Source: an uncultured virus (IMG/VR IMGVR_UViG_3300040801_002299) (Duplodnaviria; Heunggongvirae; Uroviricota; Caudoviricetes). From it: a stretch of DNA of 20,000 nucleotides. The notes beneath the pieces are model-generated. The model did not search any database. It had not been told where the DNA came from and was given only the letters and a program-made list of their open reading frames with translations. A program made the position numbers and the translations under genes. How positions within the stretch are numbered: position 1 is the first letter of the stretch; every line of letters begins with the position of its first letter. Positions 13,602 through 20,000 of this stretch are shown piece by piece. The stretch lies in IMG/VR virus record IMGVR_UViG_3300040801_002299. One strand, 5' to 3'.

Positions 13602-13628
13602 ATCATAACGAGTGGGAAGTACTGTCAA
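13602..13628 (-). promoter_or_regulatory. Repeated promoter TTGACA-N15-TATGAT (first unit of the array)
   Basis: atcata 13602-13607, tgtcaa 13623-13628. Confidence 0.85.
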
Positions 13629-13659
13629 CTATCAAATACTGGTGTCACACACTGGTCGG

Positions 13660-14020
13660 CCTGGCCCCTAAATCAGTGCTTGACTCTCCAGTGGTTCATA
13701 ATATGCCCAGAACCACCCAAATTAGTGCTTGACCCACCCATATTTCATAGTATGCAGTCTGGCCCCTGACATGGGGGGGTCTGGATGGGGTTGACATGGG
13801 GGTATTTCATGGTAATGTGCCAGAATGGAGGGGGGTCAAGCAGGGGGTCTGGATGGGGGTCCAGAACACTGTTCCTGGGGGAACTCAACTCAGAGGGGCC
13901 AACCTCTAGCGGGAATTCCTCTACACACATATCTTTCCTTCCTATTTGTCCAGCTATCCAAAAAATTGTAGGCCGCCCGATAAAAGAATTCCGCAGAAAA
14001 TAGGTCCGCCCGAAAAATCT
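13660..14020. repeat. Non-coding repeat-rich junction
   Basis: Three tandem TTGAC-N9-(T/G)TTCAT motifs (13680, 13729, 13791), CTGGCCCCT x2, GGGGGTCTGGATGGGG x2, CCGCCCGA x2. Confidence 0.75.
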
Positions 14021-14117
14021 GACTCCAGAGAAACGCCTACTCCTACGTATAATAAGCATTAGACAATCTGAGGATGGCTCAGTTGCCCTAGAACACTTAT
14101 TATAAAAGGAGAAAACC

Positions 14118-14912
14118 ATGTTGGATGGTACATCATTATTATTCCCATCATTCTATAGAGTTGGAGAGACTGATTTCAATGGACGTAAGAAGTCTTCGAT
14201 TCCGATCTATCAACTCGACTGGGAAGAAATAGAAATTGTCAAAGAATCGAAATATGCTCAGTGGGCACAAGGGTGGATCGAACGCGAAAAAGATCGTGAT
14301 GGAGAAGATACATACATTCCGCCCCAAGTATCAGACGGGTATAAGAAATCACTTCCAGATAAATACTTCAACATTATCAATGATGCCCAATTCGCCATTA
14401 CATCAAACTATATGGATGAGATTCGACGCAATGCTCGTCGTGCAGTAGAAGAATGGGATATTCGTAGGGGTTTCGATACTTGCGTGCGTGATCACTGTCT
14501 GAAACCATCTCAATCTCATATTGAAGTTGCATTCTATCTGACTGCTGACTGTTACTATTCCGCAGAGAAGGATTACTATTCACGCCACGATGGTTATGGC
14601 ATCATAATGAAAAATCTCATGCTGTACTCATTTTGGAAGGGTCAGACTGGTGGAGGGTTACTCTTCGGAAAGGCAGAGTTCCACCATCTCTATAATATGC
14701 TAGAAAGAAAAATGATTCAAGCAGAATGGAAGCTTGTTATTGCTCAGATGCTCAAAGACTTCCATGATGATGGAAGAATCACATATGACGCAACCGACGA
14801 AGACTTGGATGTTATCAACAGAGTCATTGAACGAGATGGGCATTATAAGATAACTCCTCCACCAGATCGGGATGTGGCAATTCCGAAGAATATTATAAAT
14901 AAAGACGAATAA
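14118..14912 (+). CDS. Hypothetical protein, 264 aa
   Basis: AAAGGAG RBS; long AT-rich ORF. Confidence 0.85.
   Translation: MLDGTSLLFPSFYRVGETDFNGRKKSSIPIYQLDWEEIEIVKESKYAQWAQGWIEREKDRDGEDTYIPPQVSDGYKKSLPDKYFNIINDAQFAITSNYMDEIRRNARRAVEEWDIRRGFDTCVRDHCLKPSQSHIEVAFYLTADCYYSAEKDYYSRHDGYGIIMKNLMLYSFWKGQTGGGLLFGKAEFHHLYNMLERKMIQAEWKLVIAQMLKDFHDDGRITYDATDEDLDVINRVIERDGHYKITPPPDRDVAIPKNIINKDE
14894..14901 (+). promoter_or_regulatory. T4-type late promoter motif TATAAATA
   Basis: Exact match 32 nt upstream of ATG 14933, with a near-copy AATAAATA at 14911. Confidence 0.5.
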
Positions 14913-14932
14913 TAAATATATGGAGAACTGTC

Positions 14933-15235
14933 ATGGATGATGTCTTAAATGAGAATGCCAAAGCCCAGATCAAAGCCATAGGAAAGCAATTGGAGATACT
15001 CAACGATGCATTTGAGAGTGGGAATCTTCCAGAAGAAGATTTTGCAGAGCATATCGAAGCACTACGAGATCAACTAGAAGAAGTTACCCAGCATGAATCA
15101 GGGGCAGAAGAAGAGAAGTATGAATTACTTCGTACAATGGATAACATTATCAAACTACATAGACTTCCACTTTTCCAATTGCGAGAGAGTGAAGGGTTTG
15201 AAGCCAAGATCAAAAACTTATTCAATGAGGAATAA
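14933..15235 (+). CDS. Acidic helical hypothetical protein, 100 aa
   Basis: GGAG RBS. Confidence 0.85.
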   Translation: MDDVLNENAKAQIKAIGKQLEILNDAFESGNLPEEDFAEHIEALRDQLEEVTQHESGAEEEKYELLRTMDNIIKLHRLPLFQLRESEGFEAKIKNLFNEE

Positions 15236-15238
15236 TAT

Positions 15239-15436
15239 ATGTCATCAATAGATAAAGACCACAGACTACTCAAGAATCTTTGGAAAGAAAAGTTTCTCAA
15301 ACCATCCGAAGAGAAGGGTGAGTCTGAAGACGAAGACGTTTCGGAACTAACAAAAGAACAAATTGCTGCGATGGGTAAAGGGGTTCTCAAGCGTAAAGAC
15401 TATGAATTGGATAACGAGACACCTGAGGCATTCTAA
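15239..15436 (+). CDS. Hypothetical protein, 65 aa
   Basis: GAGGA RBS; TAATG coupling to the next gene. Confidence 0.75.
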   Translation: MSSIDKDHRLLKNLWKEKFLKPSEEKGESEDEDVSELTKEQIAAMGKGVLKRKDYELDNETPEAF

Positions 15437-16092
15437 TGAACTTTAAGAAGTATTTTGAATCATATGAGAGAAAGATCCATTGGCATGGCCCTATGCGTCT
15501 CGCTCAATTTGGTGGAAACTTCAAAGACAGTTCATTTCGTCAGATGGCAGAAGCATTAGAGAAGATGGATGAAAGCGTAGCAGACTCTTTCAAAGAATTG
15601 GGAGGAAGCACTCCTACAAAGTCATTAGAATATCTTTTTGAGCTTGATGGTCATAAGTATGTCATTTATATTGATCATGAGCGATACAAGGCAGATGGTG
15701 GGCATCATCTTTATGATATTACATTTGGGGATGTTCGCAAAGAAACGTCAGATGGCGTGCATATGAATGACATTGAACAAATGACAGGTCGTTTCCATGC
15801 ATATAGTGTTGTTGCAAGCGTGTTGAAATGTTTGAATGATGAAGCACTTCCAAAGCTATTCGACTTTTGGAAGGAAGATACAATAGTTATCAAGTTCTCA
15901 GGTTCAGAAGATCATACGAAAAAAGATAAAGAGGATAAAAGTCCAAACAAGAGAATGAGATTCTATAATAACCTTATGCCACGTTTAATTGATAGGGGAA
16001 TATTTAGGGATTTTGACGTAGAATATAGATCTGGTGAGAGGGGTGGAGAGCATTATGGTATGTTTATTGTTCACCCCAAAAAAGGTGCATGA
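15436..16092 (+). CDS. Hypothetical protein, 218 aa, possible virion internal protein
   Basis: TAATG coupling; N-terminus MNFKKYFESYE. Confidence 0.85.
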   Translation: MNFKKYFESYERKIHWHGPMRLAQFGGNFKDSSFRQMAEALEKMDESVADSFKELGGSTPTKSLEYLFELDGHKYVIYIDHERYKADGGHHLYDITFGDVRKETSDGVHMNDIEQMTGRFHAYSVVASVLKCLNDEALPKLFDFWKEDTIVIKFSGSEDHTKKDKEDKSPNKRMRFYNNLMPRLIDRGIFRDFDVEYRSGERGGEHYGMFIVHPKKGA

Positions 16093-16178
16093 GACACACA
16101 TGTACGATGTTTATATATAGGATGATTAACACAGTAGCGTACTGAGCTATAACAGTAGAAGGGAAACCCCAATAATAG

Positions 16179-16216
16179 AATCCCACTTTCTGATCATAAA
16201 GAGAGTGGGATTTTTT
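16179..16216. terminator. Terminator between convergent genes
   Basis: AATCCCACTTTCT/AGAGAGTGGGATT stem with a T-run on +. Confidence 0.8.
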
Positions 16217-16224
16217 ACGGGCTT

Positions 16225-16524
16225 TTATATTGAATCAATGGCAGCTTCAAAGCGAGGAACGAAATCTGCTTTCCATACCTTAAGAGCTTTATTAAATCGG
16301 TTGTTAAGGATGAGTTGTATAACAGGGACTGAAATTGCTCCAACACCCATGACAACATGAATGATCCATCCATTTGGAACTAGGGTGTACCATGGGATAC
16401 CACCAATGAAGCTGAAGATAATCACTATAATAATACATGCAAAATTCATAGATTTATTCTTATTGAGTTTCTTTTCCCAGACAGCGATTTCTTCTTTGAA
16501 TGTCATGTTTGTTTCATCATTCAT
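16225..16524 (-). CDS. Two-TM membrane protein, 99 aa
   Basis: Two hydrophobic segments; ATGA coupling. Confidence 0.75.
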   Translation of the reverse strand: MNDETNMTFKEEIAVWEKKLNKNKSMNFACIIIVIIFSFIGGIPWYTLVPNGWIIHVVMGVGAISVPVIQLILNNRFNKALKVWKADFVPRFEAAIDSI

Positions 16525-16937
16525 GAGGGACTCACTGGTAATAAGCGTTCGCGTAGTCGATCAGAGCGAAGAACTGGAAGTTTGAGCCAAGCTCTTTTCC
16601 ACGTATACGTATCAACTGCATTTTGGCAATCTTCGAGGGTCTTATAGACGATACTAAAATTAACATCATCATCATCAGGAGTCATAGTAAGTGGCTTACG
16701 ATTATAGATATGTGATTTTTCCCAATCATTGTAGCTATTGACACCGATCTCAGTTGCACATTCAAACATCTCCGTCCCATTTGGACAACCAATAAATCGA
16801 CCAAGATACTGTTCTGGTGCTCCTTTTCGGGTAACTTTAACGAAGTAATAGTCTTTAGTGGGATGCTTGAGGATAGAGTAGCGAGGGCGGTTGCGTTCGT
16901 AGCAGTAGCGTTTGATTTTTTTAATGATTTTTAGCAT
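16521..16937 (-). CDS. Hypothetical protein, 138 aa (MLKIIKKIK...)
   Basis: GAGGAG RBS before ATG 16937. Confidence 0.75.
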   Translation of the reverse strand: MLKIIKKIKRYCYERNRPRYSILKHPTKDYYFVKVTRKGAPEQYLGRFIGCPNGTEMFECATEIGVNSYNDWEKSHIYNRKPLTMTPDDDDVNFSIVYKTLEDCQNAVDTYTWKRAWLKLPVLRSDRLRERLLPVSPS

Positions 16938-18097
16938 TGTGTCTCCTCTAGATAGTCGAGTCCAAAAAGTTTGACCCAACCTTCGATATTTTCATGTTCC
17001 CATACTGGTAGATGAGATTCTTGCCAAGAGCGTCGTTGCTCTTGGACAGCAGAAACATTATCATTATTTTCGATTGCTTCAAGGATTTTTTCAACGATAT
17101 CGTCAGGGGACAACTCGACAATTTTTGCTACTTTTGGTGATGGGAGATCATCGATCTCTTCATATTCAACCCTATTAGCAACCACATGGCAGCCACCAGA
17201 GAAATTCGCTTCGCGGGATTTCGTTGATGTTCGTGAGCGATTGAACTCATTATCCATTTTGATGTCCAGTGCAAAGTCCCAGTCTGATTCATATAAGAAT
17301 CTCCCCAGATCTTGTGGGGACGGCCACTCAAATGTTTCCAGTCCACTGATCTCTTTTGCAAGTTCACTGATCGTTGGATGCCCAAATATGGTCTGTGGGA
17401 GATGGATCTTGATTTTTGGATGGGATTCGGCGAGCTTGATCATTGTGGGGACAATGATTTCTTGTAATTCTGGGACGTATGATCCACTTCCATACCACCC
17501 AACATTGATAGAGCCTTTTGTTGAGAAGTCTTTTTTGACGAGTTCTTTTACTGGATAGTAGAGACTGTGAAGCGTGTTTGGAACAATCTCTATCTTGTGA
17601 GGGTCGATGCCATACTTTTTGTATGTGTCGAATTGGTTTGACGTTGAACAGACAATTCTATCGATATAATCTGATTTGAGGAAAGCGAGAATACCTGAGA
17701 GAACTTTATCAGTGTAGAATGAACGTGCAGGATTACAGTCTTCGATACAGAGAACGTTGTCGCAGCAGTCCCAAATTATTTTTGAATCGGGTTTGTTTTC
17801 TTTGATGTGCTTCAGCATGGAAAGCTGCTGATGGGTACTGAAACGTGATAGACGATAGACAGCATAATCCGTTTCTGGGTCCATGAACTTTGGATGAGGG
17901 TCGATGCAGTATGAAGCCATTGCTTGTGCAATCGCACTGTCTTTTGCTGACTTTTCGGTAACGATTTCGATGTTCGGGTCGTTTGGATCGACTAACGAAG
18001 CACCTTCCAGTGCTTTGAGAGGAAAGAGGACTCTGTGATGACCAGACCCAAATACGTCTGAAAGTGTACAGAAGGTCTTTTGTGTGAATGTTCCCAT
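16931..18097 (-). CDS. Glycosyltransferase, GT-B/GT4-like, 388 aa
   Basis: GSGHHRVLFP, IIWDCCDN, IVCST, IVPN, VGWYGS and D.ALD..DNEFNRSR...K..E patterns typical of phage GT4-like enzymes. Confidence 0.75.
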   Translation of the reverse strand: MGTFTQKTFCTLSDVFGSGHHRVLFPLKALEGASLVDPNDPNIEIVTEKSAKDSAIAQAMASYCIDPHPKFMDPETDYAVYRLSRFSTHQQLSMLKHIKENKPDSKIIWDCCDNVLCIEDCNPARSFYTDKVLSGILAFLKSDYIDRIVCSTSNQFDTYKKYGIDPHKIEIVPNTLHSLYYPVKELVKKDFSTKGSINVGWYGSGSYVPELQEIIVPTMIKLAESHPKIKIHLPQTIFGHPTISELAKEISGLETFEWPSPQDLGRFLYESDWDFALDIKMDNEFNRSRTSTKSREANFSGGCHVVANRVEYEEIDDLPSPKVAKIVELSPDDIVEKILEAIENNDNVSAVQEQRRSWQESHLPVWEHENIEGWVKLFGLDYLEETQC

Positions 18098-18260
18098 GTT
18101 TCCCTTTCCCTACCGCGTAAACCTTTTAACCTTCTTAAGAGATTACCTTTTGTAAGATTATTTAATTGTCTTTGGTATACCTAAAAAGATGGTCTGATAA
18201 TTTGATTTTAAGAGTAGTTTTAAAGATATGATGTTATGAGACGTTTTATCCGAGAAATGC

Positions 18261-19046
18261 TCAGGAAACGCTCGGCTGGTCGACGGGGCGTACATCTAGA
18301 GACTCAATAGCTTTACATAAATCGTCTATAGCCTTATCGACTGATTCTTTCTCCACTTCATCCCTGACACTGACCACATCCTGTTTCCATTGGACGCTCC
18401 TGGCACGCTTACGCTCTTTAATCTTATACAATGCTGCTTTGTGATTAATGCAACATAAACAAGTACCACATGGCTTTGGGTCAGAGGTTAGTCCCACCCC
18501 TTCGCACCACCAAGTCTTTGAATAGAATTTGTATTCTTTGAGCTTCTCAATGACATCTTCTTTTTCATGCCATTCTAGAGGAAGAATTAACTTTCCAGTT
18601 TTACCTGAAATTGATTGAAGGGCATTAAACATATTATGGATTTTATCAATATAATGCCAAGGTGAGTCTGTTTTGATCCACCCCACATAGAGATCCTCAT
18701 CCTTTTCAAGATATTGCTGGGCTTGAGATATCCAGATTTGTGGCTGTGAGAGTCCGTCACCAATCCTTGCAGATGTATTTTCATTGTGCGAGATTGTCAC
18801 TTCCATCACATCGAAGGAAGAGTCGAATAATCCATCCCATTCTTTCTTTTTAGTGATGGCATCAATGATTTTTCTACGAGCCTCTTTTTGCTGAGATTCT
18901 GCTCCCACTTGACAATGGTTAATTGCTAGTGTTCGGATTCTCTCCCACCTTTTTGGATCACTATCATTCATCCACTTCTTCTTCCGTATGAGATCCAATA
19001 AGACAAGAGTAGAATCGCATCCACCTGAGAATAATACGAGAGCCAT
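18261..19046 (-). CDS. queC: QueC-like PP-loop ATP pyrophosphatase (7-cyano-7-deazaguanine synthase family), divergent
   Basis: N-terminal LVLFSGGCDST; C-terminal TWWC...PCGTCLCC Zn site. Confidence 0.7.
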   Translation of the reverse strand: MALVLFSGGCDSTLVLLDLIRKKKWMNDSDPKRWERIRTLAINHCQVGAESQQKEARRKIIDAITKKKEWDGLFDSSFDVMEVTISHNENTSARIGDGLSQPQIWISQAQQYLEKDEDLYVGWIKTDSPWHYIDKIHNMFNALQSISGKTGKLILPLEWHEKEDVIEKLKEYKFYSKTWWCEGVGLTSDPKPCGTCLCCINHKAALYKIKERKRARSVQWKQDVVSVRDEVEKESVDKAIDDLCKAIESLDVRPVDQPSVS

Positions 19047-19056
19047 AATCAGTCCT

Positions 19057-19653
19057 TCACCCCTTGGTCTGTTTAAATTTTAAGAAAGGAAGAACTTGAA
19101 TCCATGGATCACCTATTGATTCAATAACATCCACAACAATTTCATATGAAATGTGGGATGGCAATGTTACCTTTTCTCCAGTTTCCACGATTGATTCTGG
19201 TGTTCCCCCAAGCCACTTGATGAGCTTTCCATGGAGTTTCAAAGATCGATCAATATGCTCTTGGATGAATTGAGTGCGTGAAGTTGAGTCAGTATGAATA
19301 TCAGTCATTTTAACGAGACGTTCAGACTCATTCATAATACGTTTACGAATAAGAGGGCTATCCATGGCAGGATATTCATCATGGGGAGTTGGGATCTGAT
19401 CCGTTGGAGGGACTAACGCTCCGGTTTTTGATGGAGGGAGTGGTTGTGGAACTGTATTAGTACCTTCCCAGTTTTTGTTCCAGTCTTCTTCATCAGTCAA
19501 TTCTCCTGCATGAGTTACATCTCCAGCAACCAATTCTTCATGCACAGTTCCATCTTTATATCGGACATCTTGGACAAGAACACGCTTTCCATCTTTCATT
19601 GCCCAACGGATACCAACAATAGATTCTTTTTCATTTAGTTTCGAAGTTGTCAT
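19057..19653 (-). CDS. Hypothetical protein, 198 aa
   Basis: GGAG-A-run-ATG at 19653. Confidence 0.8.
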   Translation of the reverse strand: MTTSKLNEKESIVGIRWAMKDGKRVLVQDVRYKDGTVHEELVAGDVTHAGELTDEEDWNKNWEGTNTVPQPLPPSKTGALVPPTDQIPTPHDEYPAMDSPLIRKRIMNESERLVKMTDIHTDSTSRTQFIQEHIDRSLKLHGKLIKWLGGTPESIVETGEKVTLPSHISYEIVVDVIESIGDPWIQVLPFLKFKQTKG

Positions 19654-19665
19654 TTTTTTCTCCAA

Positions 19666-20000
19666 TTAGATACTTAAGGTACTTCTATATTCCCAAAGAC
19701 CACGCTTCACATTATATAGCTTCATGGCCTCATTATCAAGTCTTTCTTCCTCTTCATCCAAGTTTTTAAGTTCTTGATCGATAATTTCATAGATATCATA
19801 GATAAATCTCTGCTGAGCCATTTGTTTTGAAAACCCTGCCCACTGAGAAAATATTTTGACTGTCTTTCCTGAAGGGTATTTTTTCAACAAACTTTTTTGT
19901 TGTTTTTTAAGATCAGCATCAGGAATTGGAATTCGCGTTCCCCACCGGGGTATAGGGTTTGGGTTGTCCCCTCCACGCCAATATGTCAAGTTACGTTTAA
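19666..20000 (-). CDS. Hypothetical protein, partial (start lies beyond the right edge)
   Basis: Frame of ORF 19666..19989 stays open to the window end. Confidence 0.7.
   Translation of the reverse strand, partial: KRNLTYWRGGDNPNPIPRWGTRIPIPDADLKKQQKSLLKKYPSGKTVKIFSQWAGFSKQMAQQRFIYDIYEIIDQELKNLDEEEERLDNEAMKLYNVKRGLWEYRSTLSI

Noticed and set aside
359..13628. CRISPR array interpretation of the recurring module
   Set aside because: Repeats are degenerate, hundreds of bp apart and separated by whole genes; no cas genes in the window.
359..13628. Classical integron with attC cassettes
   Set aside because: No RYYYAAC...GTTRRRY palindromic attC sites recognised, units carry their own promoters, and no integrase is in the window.
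2272..13769. Long plus-strand ORFs (e.g. 2272..3126, 5314..5973, 9828..10628, 11418..12137)
   Set aside because: Antisense shadows of GC3-rich minus-strand genes; no RBS; they run through terminators and promoters.
13745..14119. ORFs within the junction (13745..14119 -, 13785..14003 +)
   Set aside because: Low-complexity translations of G-runs and repeats with no RBS.
1..20000. Alternative genetic code (stop-codon recoding seen in some large phages)
   Set aside because: TGA, TAG and TAA all end genes at coupled junctions, and coding density is high under the standard code.

Overview
The window reads as part of a large dsDNA phage genome with two compositionally distinct halves. From 1 to about 13.6 kb it is GC-rich (one sampled 60-mer at 11761 is 60% GC) and entirely minus-strand. 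This part holds about 35 short, mostly hypothetical genes organised as stereotyped expression units. Fifteen units start with the promoter TTGACA-N15-TATGAT, and six more start with close N15/N16 variants. Most promoters are followed by a CA-rich leader and a GGAGA RBS. Recognisable cargo: tRNA-Lys(UUU), a P-loop AAA_33/N4BP2-type kinase, a ribosomal L7/L12 C-terminal-domain protein, two HTH proteins, a paralog pair, small membrane proteins and strongly acidic or basic peptides. The spacers between units carry two further dispersed motifs, TTGAC-N9-TTTCATAGTA (10 copies) and CTGGCCCCT (10 exact copies). Both become denser toward a G-rich non-coding junction at 13.63-14.1 kb. There are also several structured ncRNA candidates (1139-1603, 8287-8593, 9004-9090). 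From about 14.1 kb the DNA is AT-rich (one sampled 60-mer at 15961 is 32% GC). It carries plus-strand hypothetical genes with a T4-like TATAAATA late-promoter motif, then a minus-strand block with a GT-B glycosyltransferase and a divergent QueC-like enzyme. Many start sites in the ORF track were corrected using the RBS. No database searches were run; all family calls come from motif recognition.
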